Shown here in pieces: positions 50,054 through 62,725 of a DNA stretch of 64,000 bases (position 1 is the first letter of the stretch; the number at the start of each line of letters is the position of its first letter). The DNA comes from Phoronis australis (Eukaryota; Animalia; Phoronida). The translations under genes and the position numbers were made by a program. Location: contig NMRA01000021.1 of assembly GCA_002633005.1 (NCBI GenBank), forward strand, positions 1,051,119 to 1,115,118. Reading direction: 5' to 3'. The notes below the pieces were generated by a model that saw only the letters and a list, made by a program, of their open reading frames with translations, did not search any database and had not been told where the DNA came from.

Positions 50054-50459
50054 GGCCCGGTCTTCAATCTTTTTACTCGAAATGGAACTCAAAATTAGGT
50101 TTGGCATTTTCTACTCAATTTTTGTGAGAACTCAAGATAAGTGTCTTATTATTCTATGCTCGAGCACACAATAACTTACGCAGATAATTTATTGCCCTTA
50201 GTTCACAGTTTGTAAACCCAATATTAAAGCAATAAGTTCGAGTTTGAACTCGAAATTTCGAGTTTTTACTCAAGTTTGTAGCACGAATATAAGGGTTTTC
50301 AAGGGCAAACTTGAACTAGAAACTCCTATGCATAAACTATGATGTATTCGAGCACAGTCTGATAACCAATTATCTTAAGTTAACACAAAAGGAGCAGAGA
50401 AATTGTCAAAAATAGTTTCGAGTTCGTTTCGAGTACAAAGACTGATTAGAGACCGGGCC
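50054..50459. mobile_element. PIF/Harbinger-type MITE, copy B
   Basis: Same element as 16755-17155; TSD CAG at 50051-50053 and 50460-50462. Confidence 0.85.
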
Positions 50460-51084
50460 CAGACCTGCGTTCCCACAGACGCAAGGAACTCACGAAAACG
50501 CAAGATCAAGTCTTTGCAACATATCCCTACTGAGAGATTACATGCAAAGCAGTGACCACATAAACTTTTCTTGCTATAGACTTGGAACTGCGGAACGAAA
50601 GCGAGGTCTGTAACAAAATTCACAGAAACAAGAAGGGCCTACATAAATTCATTCCTATTGTTTCCTGCTTATTTGTATGACGTCAGTGGGACGTCACACA
50701 AGGAAGCAACTGAGCTACATTAACTTTGAAAAGTGAATCTGTGAATCCTAAATGGGGTATTTTGATGGTTTAACCTACATTTTTAACAAAAAAAAATTAA
50801 ACCTACATGTATGCTCAGAGCCTGCATTTACCAATTTAAAATTCTTGTTTTAGGAATTAAAACAAGCACCCAGCCCTTTCCACACTAATTCTTGAAGAGG
50901 AATTAAAATGCCCCAAACATGTTTAGTCTGGCCCACAGATCACCTGTTCATATAAACTAAAAAGCATTAATTGTAAAATTAGCACAAATCACACACTCAG
51001 GTATATCACAAAGCTGACCTAATACAATCCTACTCACAGCTATTTGAATTGGCTCACAAGAAGGCTTGATAGCACTGGTTTAAA

Positions 51085-53764
51085 TTGAACAAAAATCAAA
51101 GGTTTAATCACAATCTGCTCATAACAAGAATTGAGGCACACATATTTATACAAAGGTTTGTATAATAAAATCCTATAAATGATGACAAGTAGCCTATATG
51201 AATTCAGATTTGCCTATAAAAATACATAGCACTTGAAATACAGGCAGCTGCAATTTTACACCAAATAAAAGCGAAGATCTCATCACACAATATTGGAATC
51301 AGAATTTAGCACTGTGTGAGAAAATGCCACATCTAAGTGCAGCTAGCACACCCAACACTTAGTTAAACAGAATTTAGCACTGTATGAGAAAATGCCACAT
51401 CTAAGTGCAGCTAGCACACCCAACACTTAGTTAAACAATTTAGCACTGTATGAGAAAATGCCACATCTAAGTGCAGCTAGCACACCCAACACTTAGTTAA
51501 ACAGAAAACTAAGACAAAACCTGTAACTTTTTGTTATCAATACCACAACATGCAACAAATTATTATTTAATAGAAGTTTGAAAGGGGTAAAATTTAAATT
51601 TCATAATAAACATATTAATGACAATTTTTCAAATTTGATAATTGAATCTACTGCAATAAAAAAGTTTTCCAATGTTGAAAAGAAATCAAACTTTACTCTC
51701 TAATGGGTTAGTTTGACAAATACCTGCAAGCATGTAACCTAAGAAATGGTAAATTTGTCTATGAAAAACTAGACATCTAAACCATTTTTGTCTTGTTAAA
51801 CTAGACAAACATGTTTCACAGCACACCCTTTAAAATGGAAAACACTCGTACATGTACCTCTAAAAAGACTCCCCATGACTAGAGGAAACTTGTGGAATCA
51901 TAGAATTTGTGAAAAACATTACAAACTTTCATTGCAAATATCACACAGAAGCTTTTTGGTAACAGTGTGGTAGAATATACTCTTGTAGAAAAATAAAATA
52001 CTCTCCACTCCAGAGTGTTCACATCACAAGCATACATTGTCTAAATTTGTCAGCTATGTCTTCTGTACAGGACAGCTGAGACATTCACCATGACACCACA
52101 ACACATTTAAAGATACATTGTATAAAGTGAACCAGCACTCGTATTTCCCTAACAATAAGGGACTAGTGTTCCTTAATAGACCATCCCCTCTGGTAGTACA
52201 TACAGCAATTTTCCAAAACCAGGACAAAATTTCTTCTCACGACATCAAAAAAACAATGGAATTTTGAAGCAAAATTTTTGGACAAACTTTTTTAATTCAG
52301 GCCAGCATTTTTCAACCATATCTGCTATAGATTTTTGCCATAACAAAAAAAAAACAGAAGAATCTTGGCAAAACTTGTCCACTTCTTTTGAAAAGTTCTG
52401 TATGTGAATGACCTCGAATCGGGTCAAAGTTTACATGTGAATGACCTCGACTCAGGTCAAAGGTCAGGAGTAGCATTTTCATTTTTATGACCTGTTCCAA
52501 ACAAAAACCCTGCAACGGCAGACTTTATATCCACCAGGTGGTGCTAATGAAATCTTAAACACATCTATAGTACCATCTCAATTGGTTGAGAAGACAGTAA
52601 AATTCATTTTCATGAAATTAAAGGAATCAGTAACCCATTACATCGATGCATAAGGGACATTGATTTAATGAAATCTATGGACTGTGACTCCAGTGCTTTT
52701 GACTGGCACAACCTGAAAATTTTGAGCTACCGTGGTCATGTTTTTCAGTCTAGTGCAAATTCATAATGAATCTCACCATTTAGCCAAGAAAGCTGTAAAC
52801 TTCACTAGGGACTGTACACTACAACTGACAACAAACTGTCGTTCATACTGCCCTTATCATCAATCATGCAGCAGTAATTGCTCACCACTTCAGCACACAA
52901 TATGGCCGATACAGGAAAATTCATTTTGTCACATTTCACAACGAAAGTGAGTAATAGCGCAATTCTACTTAATTAATAGTAGTCTGCACTGTTCACATGT
53001 CACGAATTACAATATTAACAGTGTGCACTGATAGATGTCATGGATTACAACATTTGATACATGTTCCAGTGCTGCCTTTGAAAATTCAATAAACAAACTG
53101 TTTTGGCATTCTTTGTATGAAATAAGTGAAGAATTACGTAAGTCTCGGCCTATACTCCTTATAGCAAGTGGAAACACAACCAAGAGAATCTTTAAATCAG
53201 ATGAGGTCCAGTGCTAATCACTGTGGGGTGTAGAAAATAATGTCGTGTTCGAACTTGGAGTTTTGCTCAATCTCAAGATTGCGTGTGTGTGAACTAGGAA
53301 TTAATTAGGAAACCTGGCATATTCACCCAAATAATCATGATCACATTTGAAAAATCTGCCCTACACTAAAGCAAACAAATTTTTAATAAAATAATGTACA
53401 AATTCTAACCAACCTTCTATGCCTTTTTCGACCATTGGCAATCTTAAAACAACAATAAGTGGTCAACCATTTGTGATGCTAGTTCTGGTAAAGGAGAAAA
53501 TGGGTGATCCTAGGTCCAATATTTAAAACAAAATTTACAATAAACAAAAACTCATTCAGATGAATGTTTAATTACAAATTCACGAAAACGTGACCTTGAG
53601 ACTGAGCTGAATTCCAAGTTCACACAGTGCAGACATAATTCAGTGCATCGCCAGGTGGCACCAGGAGTCACAGACCTTCATAACATTGTCAGTGTCACCT
53701 TTTCGTCACAAACTGGGGGCATTTTCTATTACTATAGAAACAGCAGCAGCGCACGTACAACTGT
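51085..53764 (-). other. Probable long AU-rich 3'UTR of the IL-17R gene
   Basis: Downstream of the stop; ATTAAA on the minus strand at 51103-51108. The end is inferred. Confidence 0.35.
51301..51502. repeat. 68-bp tandem repeat, 3 nearly identical copies
   Basis: Units start at 51301, 51369 and 51437. Confidence 0.92.
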
Positions 53765-54798
53765 CTATACAGCTAGACTGACAACACTTTCGGATTCCTC
53801 ATCAACATGAACACTATGATCGTTACCACACTGAATTCCTCCAGTGAACAGTGTTTCGCAATCAGCAGACTCTGGCACGACATCAAAGTATGGACGATTG
53901 GTCTCACGAATGTACTCGCTTGGGGATTGGGCACTGACCACATCTACATCATAATCAGGTGGGATGAAGTTGTCTGGCCAGCTTCGACCTTCTTCTGGCG
54001 ATGGTGTTGGAATGTAAATTCCTTCCGGCAAATCAGTCTGGAGTGGGAAGACACCATTGGAAGGCGGAATGACCACTTGGGGCTTGACACCAACATTGAC
54101 ATAGGATGGATCGAAGCTACCAAGACCGGAATCTTTGCGGTCCATCGTGTGTGTGTCTTCAAACCAGCCCGGGTTCCGCTTCTCATAATTCACCGCCGTC
54201 TTTATGGCCTTGTCAAGCTCTGCCCCTTCCCTTGAGTGACACATGTAGTTCTCATTGATGCCTAACGCCTCCTGTTGGTAGCCTGGCTCATCCTTGTTCA
54301 TATCATGTATGTGGAAGAACAGTGACTCAATATGCTTCATTAAAGTTACGTTCGAACTGATCGTCTCGGCAAGCGTTGGGATCTCATACTCCTTTGCAGT
54401 GTATTCAAAGCGTGTTGACACATAGCGCCGATAATCTGAGCCCTGGCTCAACCGGTTATGCAGCAGTCGCATAGCCAATAGGAAATGGTCGTCATAGAGA
54501 TGGTCATGCAGCTTTTTCTCATAATCGGCATTTTCCTGTGAGGCCCTCCATCTCTTGAAGCCTCCCTCACTGTTGATCACGATAATCTTGTCGGCTTTTG
54601 ACATTTCATCCAGTAGCCACTCCGTAACTGTCTTAGTTTGGATCATTTTTTGCTCCCACCTATCAAAGATCACGTGACAGCCGCACAGCTTGTATAGGAA
54701 GTTGGCAAACTTGAAAACAACGTCCACGTGCTGGGCGTGATCATGATTGTATATAAGCAGTACCCGCCGTTTGACAATAATTTCTTTCTCTCCTTCAC
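53765..54798 (-). CDS. IL-17R last exon: SEFIR domain and C-terminal tail
   Basis: ctatag acceptor, phase 1. SEFIR box motifs, LMKHIESLFFHIH, stop TAG at 53765. Confidence 0.92.
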
Positions 54799-57700
54799 CT
54801 ATAGCACAAAAAATTCAATTAGAATTTCCTGCTGTCAGGGGCATTCCAGGCTTGGCAATTCAGAATTCACAGGGGGTAAAACAATTATCTACTCAGTCAC
54901 GACCATAAACGCCTTGTTCAAGTGTGTTTAGTTACACAGTCCAATTGGGACAGTAGTATGACCAAGGGCAGGGCTCACATAGAACAACTTTCACAGGCCC
55001 AATGTATGTCGATTTCAAAATGCCTATTGCCTGTGAACGTCACCCATGGCCATGACTTACAGACCCATGACTTACACGCCCATGACTTACATCTGTCCCC
55101 AATATTCTAAGCCAACATTTTCAATGTTCGTTATTTAAAGTACAATTCCACTACACTAAGAGTTAGCCTAGAAAGCACAAGAAAGCATTACGTCTGGCTA
55201 GAGCTTAATTCACTCCTCGAAGACCAAAATGGTTCAGCAAAGAGTAAGGCTGATAACTGTACTTGTGTGGTGACTCAGTGATTTGCGAACACATCTTTAG
55301 TAATAAAAAAGAAGAATAGCTGTCCACAGCTGATCTCTCCTCTACTAGAATTAGGAAAAAGAAGATAACACAATGATTGACCTACTTTTCAAAGGTCAAA
55401 ACTGGTGTCAGCACATGACAGTGCAACTGACAAAAAATTGTCACCGTTAGAAAGACAGACAGATGGCATGGTAATTTTGATCTACATGAAGAACATAAAG
55501 ACAAGTGGTTGTCTAATGTAGCCACAGGACCGTAGATGAGTCATACAGGATCAGACAGCATTGTGGTATTTTAGGATAGTGTTCAACTGAGGATCCCAAT
55601 AATTGCTTACAAGCCTTGAGCTCTAATCTCTCGGAACTTAAGCTTAAACTTTGTTTTTATATTTTCTCATGTGTTTTACTTTAGTCCAAAATGGACTTGA
55701 TATTGTACTTAAAAGCATAGCCATGTAAAGATCTGGGTAATCCCAAGTTCCCACATGACAATCTGTGAGACCAGAATCATCCATACGAATTCCTCTAACA
55801 ACACAAGGTATCAACCTCAATGAAGAAAGACTTAACTTTCCCAAAAATCTATTTGGAAACATTGCCAAAAGCCCTGGGACGAGGATGATTGTATCATAAC
55901 CCCACCGTCCACTCTGCCTGTTGTGTGCCCTATAAATAATCAGACAATCATGGGAAAAATTCAGTCTACCCATCATGACGGACAGCCACTGTCTCGTTGT
56001 CCTGGGTAATGGTTACCCACTACAATGAGACACTCCAGTCATGCTTGCAGTGAGCTATTTTTAAACTCAGCCGTTATGAAGTGGACTTCTGTCTGTGCTC
56101 AGTTGTCACAAAGGGAATAACAGACGGGAACTTGGTCATCTGGGTATAAATGTGATTACCCTCGGTGTGGACTGTACGGTGCTTTAAAAGAACACTGCCT
56201 ACTTAAGAGCCTGATTTTGAGGATCATTGCTGAGTAGGATAACCTTCTTGAATTTATTACCTTTAAACAGAGCTATAAAATAGTAAATGGCTTACTAGGT
56301 TGTTGGCGATTTCATTTAGTTCCAGGTGTTGACTATAGTTACTACTAACATCTGCATGACAGAATTAATACATTCAAGCCAAAACCGAATTAAAGTTGTT
56401 AACTGAAGTGCAAGGCAAGTTTCAACTTGAATTACCCCATTTCCTGCCCACACAATAAAGAGCCATCTGTTTGGGCTGCCAACAGTCAACAGGCACCTAT
56501 AAACCAATACTAAGTTTTATGACACAGTGAGGTGTCACTAAAGATCACATAGGTGACCAAGCAGTTCAAGCAGCTGAACTGAATTCAATGAATGGGATAT
56601 TGTGCTCACATTAGCAAACTCCAACCATCAGAAAATCATCAGCAATTTTTACCCACACTGGGTTCCTCATGGAAATGGAGGCTACTGACCTATCATAGTA
56701 CACAGGCTTAAAACATTCTGAAAACTAACTTTGCCACGATAAACTTTTAGCTCTAACAGGAGAGAGTTGGACTGCAGTCACAGAGGTCATGGAATATAGA
56801 TCCTCTTGGGGCTGATCTCAAATACAAAGCATTGTCACCAAGAATGCCCCTCAAACAATGCAACATGCTGTTCATGAAATGTGCTGTAACTGCTTTACCT
56901 TTGGGTGATAGAGGGCGCTTTGGTCGGGGACTTGGACCCACAATTGCAATCCCGCCCTTTCCTTTCTTTCCTGCACAGCAAAATGATACATGCCAATTAA
57001 AGGTACATATGCCGGAAGTACACACCATTAAGTTACAAAATCATGGGCCAGTGCAAGACACGATCACTGATGCCCGATTACAGAAATCATTCTTCAGTTT
57101 GGGACAGAATAAGGCAAACAGTCAAGTTAAATTTGTTTTGTCAAATTTCTTGGAAGAACTAAAGTTTCATGAACATTTCGTACAACGAAGATGAGACCAA
57201 AAACATCAATTGGCAAAATTTCTGGCATTTCTAGCTATATAATAAATTCAAAGTCTTCAAATGCACTCACGACTTCCCTGCAAGTCCTACATGTCATGGA
57301 CGCATCCACTACCACAAGAAAGAAAAACACTGCATTTATCCACCTTGATTCACTCTTATCAGGCTTCTATTGTGAGTCAACATGTGTGAATAATGGAACT
57401 ACTTTTGGCTGAATGGATGACTAGGCCATAAAATGATAATTAGCCAAGACCTTGCTGCATGGAATAGTTAATACATTCATGGCAATTTTGAAAGAGTGGG
57501 CATCTTCTGCTAGTCTTTCGCCGAAAGTGTTTTAAAAAAACTTGGTTTACCGACCTCTGATTTTCTGGATTATGCAAACATTAAAATTCAAATTTGCAAC
57601 ATTTTCAGTTCCGCCGTCATTATGCTTTGGAAACAAGCAAAAATTGGCAACAATTTGTACACGCAACAAAGAATATCTCGTAGCATCACCTAGCCTTGGT

Positions 57701-60700
57701 GGAAAGCTGTATACTGTACTGACCCTAATAAACCCCGCGGGTGCTTAGAAAAGTTCATTTCACGGAGGGGACGCTTATTGTAGCCTAAGGCAGTTAAAAC
57801 CCGGTTTCCAAAACGGGTAAAATCGGGAGCTAGGATTCATCAAATTTACACTCTGTGACATATTTGTAGCCTATGACAGTCTTTCTACAAAACTGTAGTG
57901 CATTGCTATCAAACTTCATTGTTAAATTACGATCATTTTTCAAAAACATTGTGCAATAAATCCCAGTGCAAAAACTTGCCGACTGATATGTCGCTGAATC
58001 GCGATCGTCAATAGTAAAACTTGAATTCTTGAACAAAATTACAGTTTCGACTCAACAAACTACCTGAAATCCTTCTTATGTTTTACAATTTTTTAAGTTC
58101 ATGTGGAGTCCAGATTAATTGCGATTAAGTTCAAATCTGCGCTACATCGTGTACTCCACAACACGAGAAAAATCTCTGGATGAACACACATGTTGTTGTC
58201 ACGTGACGTTTGTTTTGAAGTTCGTCTGCCTATGAGAGTGAGTGAGCGAGCACGTGCGGGTCATCGACAACAGGCTTTGTTACAAAAGGCGGAGGATTAT
58301 GCAAGAACATAGCATTTATTGGATTGTTCTTCACTTAAACAGCTGCAACGTGCAAGGTGAGTGTTGGTTAACTCACACATTTTGTGTGCACAGGCCGACT
58401 GTCGTTAGCTCAACCGTGGAGTATAACATTAATAATCCTGGGCTCAATTTAAGCTCTACATGGGTGACGAGCTGAACTATCCGGGCTCTGTGAAATTTCT
58501 GGGTCTAATGGAGACACTGAGGCAGTGGTACCTATAGTTAGCTGGCTCACTGTATCAAGACTATCGTCAAAATCCAAATTCGTTTTATGGTGTCCGTCAA
58601 TAATAATGGCATGCTAAAGTTTCTTAATGTTCGTACTTCAGGAACATATAGATCCCGTGTTTTGTATATATACGCGTACGCCGCAGATCACATCTTGGAA
58701 TTTTCCGATTTGACGGATGACAATGGAATGAGCACAATAAAATTAAACAACGTCATTTTACAGCTTGTAAGAGCTATAATAAACGTATTTTGAATATTGC
58801 AATGCATGTGTTCCAAAATCTAAATAAAATACAGAGTAGTTCTACATTATCCTAACTTGAGTCCTATATTTTTGTATCCGTGCGCGCCGAATGAAAATAA
58901 TCGTGAGTGTTGCTAAATCTCTTATTCTGGGCCGATTTGAAAAATTCAAAGTTGTACCAACATTTTTTCTCACCTCTTTTCAAATATTACACTCAAAGCT
59001 ACGTAAAACGCTCTCCATATAAAGTACGGTCATCTAAGCTAGATTGTAATCAGCTGAACGTATCCGCATGAGCGAAGCCAATTATCCTCGCTCGTGACTC
59101 GATGAATAGAGCAGCTATGCGGGATCTCTTTGATCGTGAGCTGAGTTCGACACAGCCAAGGTGGATAAATACGGTCTAGTTCAATCGGCAAAACCCCACC
59201 GTTTTCCCTGATCGGCGAGGTTTGGGGCAATATTACTTAGTGGGAATGTTTATGGCATGAATGCTTCTAGGGTTGTTCATTAGTATCTAGTAATCTAGTA
59301 ATTTAAGACTAACTGAAAACTATTATCAAAATCAACAAAATGCAGATACACCCCAGTTATGATAGTCCATCAGAGGATCTGTCAAGCTACTTTGAAAATA
59401 ACAAACAGACAAGCAACATCTTGTCGACAATTAAAATGACCAACAGGGTTAGGGGGTGGTACTCTAGTCCAATCTGTACAATACACAGACAAGGAAAACA
59501 ATGTCGAAAATTAAAATGTAGAGCAAAAGGCAGTAGGACAGTTGAATTTGTGCTGCGGCGCAGTCACATTACATATTTCTGTGTCAAGTTTCAGCAAAAT
59601 TCGTCAAGTTTTGGTAAAATTCTGACATCAAGTCATTTCACATAAAATTTGAAAGCCGAAAACAAATCTAGGTGCCATGGTAGCCAAATCCGTTGGAAAA
59701 TTCCTATACGAAATTGGCTGATGCAAACACATGGACTTCAAGGACTGTGAACTGAGCACACTTTTGTCACCGATTTGAATAGGCATATTTACGTTATTTA
59801 GGGCAGTCCTGATAATGAAAACGCTCATTTCATTAAAAAAAATTAGCTTTAATACGTATAGACCTGAATCGCATGTCATCTGCTGAGGAAACATTTGCGG
59901 TTCGTCGAAGAAGTTTGGCCGACCCCAATGGCGTGGTGGCTACTCACTATGGACTATCATCACGAGTAAAGTTACTTATGGACTGGTGTTGCAAGTCATG
60001 GGGGGGGCTCGGCTTAGTACCATGTAATGTATAATAGATACTGTCAGCAAATGACACAAGCCTGTCACTGAGCAGTATTTCTTCCCTTATTTCGCACAAA
60101 AACAGTTGCCAATATTTTCACTTCCATCATTTTGTGCTAAAAAAGTAAAGGAAGAGTTGCTGTGACCCTCGTGGCAAGCAGTAAATCAACTTACCAAATG
60201 AACAGCTCCCTAGGCGACGACGGTAGAACAGAAAACCCATGACCAGCAAAAGACTAACTGCCCCAGCTACGCCTGTGATGATGCCGACGATAGCACCCAC
60301 AGTCATGTTGTTCGGCTCTTTAGAGCTTTTGCCAGTATGGGGACCTACAACAGTGGCTGGTGCAGTGCTANTGTGACGTTGAACTCCCGTGTTACAGTTC
60401 TCACGCACGGAACACAGTTTGGCGAGGATGCAACCTTGCACAAGCAAATGCGGTTGTCACCATACTTCTGTGGTTGAAGCTTACAGGAGAAAATAAATGA
60501 AGGACGCATAGATTACAGGGTGTTTAAAAAGTTGTGGACACAATTTGAAACAGCTAACCACTTATGTCTCAATTTAGAATCACCAGGGTGTATGCGAATA
60601 CTCAAACTAAACAATTCAGTAAAGCCAAGTCAAACAACAAGAATTGGGGATATTTAGAAAGCGACCTTTCAAAAACGTCAAATGAAACCGAATACAGGCT

Positions 60701-62725
60701 TGTGCATATTTTCGGAACCTGTGACAAAATGAAGCAGTGTTAAAGCAACTAATTATCAATAATTAGACATAGTTACTAGTATCTTGTTAAATGACACTAA
60801 TTATTTGTGTGAAATCACGATCCCAAAATATGCTTTGTTTTTCAGAAGAATTCACAAGATTTTCAAAACATGCAAACAGTTACTGAAAATAGAGCACTGG
60901 TGGTTCAGTGGTAGAATTTATTATACTGAAAATACGCGCATCAGCATACTTTTGGAGAACTTTCCGAAAACACGTGCATGGGTGTGTTTTGGGGTGGACC
61001 TAGTTCTGAAAATTCTCAGTAGTTTGTGTGTAACTGAGCTCCTAACTGAAAGACACACCAATTCAGCATCACTTCAGAATTAAGCAGAAACCTTGAAAGG
61101 CAAACTTAAAAGCACAATAATTGGTTTTGTCCCGATTTTTTAGCAGCCACTCAAACCACACTCCCTTTGGAAACAAGTGAATTACTACTGCAGCAGTTGC
61201 CAAGCCATTTCAAACAAAGGCAACGCCGAGCATTGAAATGCAACTACAAATGCATCACTAATGGTGTGCTTCGTGGGGTGTATATTTGTATCATAAAAAT
61301 GGCCACTAGATGGCGCAAAATACATCAAACCCATCCGAAAATGGGAGCACATCATCGTTTTTTAACACCAAGTTATTTACCAAATTTCGTAACAATCTGT
61401 CAAGGAACTTCTGAGAAACAAAGGAAAACAGAAAAAACAAAATTGCCACTAGGGGACACAGTTTTCGCCGGATTCGTCTGAAAGTCTTCCTCATCCGTTG
61501 TCAATTTCACATAAATACACTTGCAGTAGATCTAGGAAATACAGCTACGAGCGCAAGAAAAGAAATGCCACTAGGAGGCGCCACAGCAGTCAAAGACGTT
61601 GGAAAATCAACTTCAACTGTCCTCTTTATGCTATGAACAAAAGTCATATATGCCAATTTTCATAGTCATCCTTAGAATAGTTTGGTTGATGGAGAGGATG
61701 ATGCTAAAAACAGACTCGAAAACAGCGAAAATGGCCACTAGGTGGCGCAAAATACCTCAATCAAATCTGAAAATGGGTGACAGCACCATCTGATCAATGT
61801 CCCAAAGAGTTAATCTAATTAAAACTTACCTCAATTCGGTAGGTACCAATTGGCACATTTTCAAAGGTAACAGCGTGATGTTTAGCATTAAGGTCCTGCA
61901 AAAAGAGGAACGCAGCAGTTAAATAGTTCAAAGTGTTTATTTTTACTACCTTGCTTAATAGCCCAAGTTTAGCCAGACAGTAATCGATCATAAATCATGA
62001 CTTTATCAACAGTACTGTTGCCATATGTAAATGAGATAAATTTTGACTTTTTAATTGGTAAATGCAATAAGAAAAAGTCAGACTGAAGTGCCTCTTAAAC
62101 AAGACAAGAGTTCACCCAATCAGAATCAAATTGTCATCCATATCAAGCCAGTCAAGTGAATGTTTAATTGTATTGCTAAATTTATCAATTTTAGCAGGAT
62201 TCCCGGTGTACTGTCTTTTTGTGATAGAACTGCTGAATCCTGTTAAAATGACTCCTTCAACGTGCACAATTCCGTCAAACCCATCGCAGTCACGTGACTG
62301 CCAAGTATCTACTTTCATTATACACTGGAGTCTTCAACAGAACTCTGTGAAACTGAATTAAACTTTCACAATCCGGTGCATAGAACAAGACTCTCAAAAC
62401 TATCCGTAAATAGCTCAAATGAGCGCACATACCAGGAACGCGTGACAAACAACAAATTTTAATTACGCTTAACATTCTTCATTCATTTAGCATACAATAT
62501 GGTCAAGAAGAGAAATTCTATTTCCCCACAAAACAAAGATTAAATTTTTTTTATTCTATTACTAACTAAATATGGCTTGTACTATGCAGGCGCCACCAAA
62601 CAACTTTTTGGTAAATTTTGCAATATTTTCAGTAAAGTACACTCAGGAACCCAATGGTCGTCCGCCTAAGCATAAAACCGGCTTGTTGTCGTACTCACCC
62701 AATTATTCCACTTCAAAGTTATGCT
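53765..62725 (-). CDS. Interleukin-17 receptor family (SEFIR domain, IL17RD/RA-like), 3' partial
   Basis: Exons 62699-62725 (tentative), 61830-61895, 60195-60479, 56899-56970, 53765-54798. They give an ectodomain end with a Cys cluster, a single TM helix, a basic stop-transfer segment and a SEFIR domain (RRVLLIYNHD, FANFL, CHVIFDRWE, ADKIIVINSEG). The N-terminus is outside the window. Confidence 0.88.
56899..56970 (-). CDS. IL-17R juxtamembrane exon (GKKGKGGIAIVGPSPRPKRPLSPK)
   Basis: tgcag acceptor, gtaaag donor, phase 1->1; links the TM and SEFIR exons. Confidence 0.7.
60195..60479 (-). CDS. IL-17R exon: Cys-rich ectodomain end and transmembrane helix
   Basis: LQPQKYGDNRICLC...NCVPCVRT then IVGIITGVAGAVSLLLVMGFLFYRRR. 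The frame shifts at the ambiguous N at 60371. Confidence 0.82.
61830..61895 (-). CDS. IL-17R ectodomain exon (DLNAKHHAVTFENVPIGTYRIE)
   Basis: FNIII-like VTFxNVxxGxYxI motif; ttgcag acceptor, gtaagt donor, phase 0->0. Confidence 0.8.
62699..62725 (-). CDS. Candidate 27-nt IL-17R micro-exon (SITLKWNNW)
   Basis: ttcag acceptor and GTGAGT donor, open in phase 0. No homology support. Confidence 0.35.

Noticed and set aside
52405-52467. AGGTCAAAGGTCA nuclear-receptor DR1 element
   Set aside because: It lies within a short local repeat and resembles interspersed-repeat sequence; there is no independent evidence of function.
53807-54235. 142-aa plus-strand ORF
   Set aside because: Antisense shadow of the SEFIR exon with no recognisable motif.
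62112-62318. Minus-strand ORF as a possible IL-17R exon
   Set aside because: No convincing acceptor/donor pair or family motif was found; left uncalled.
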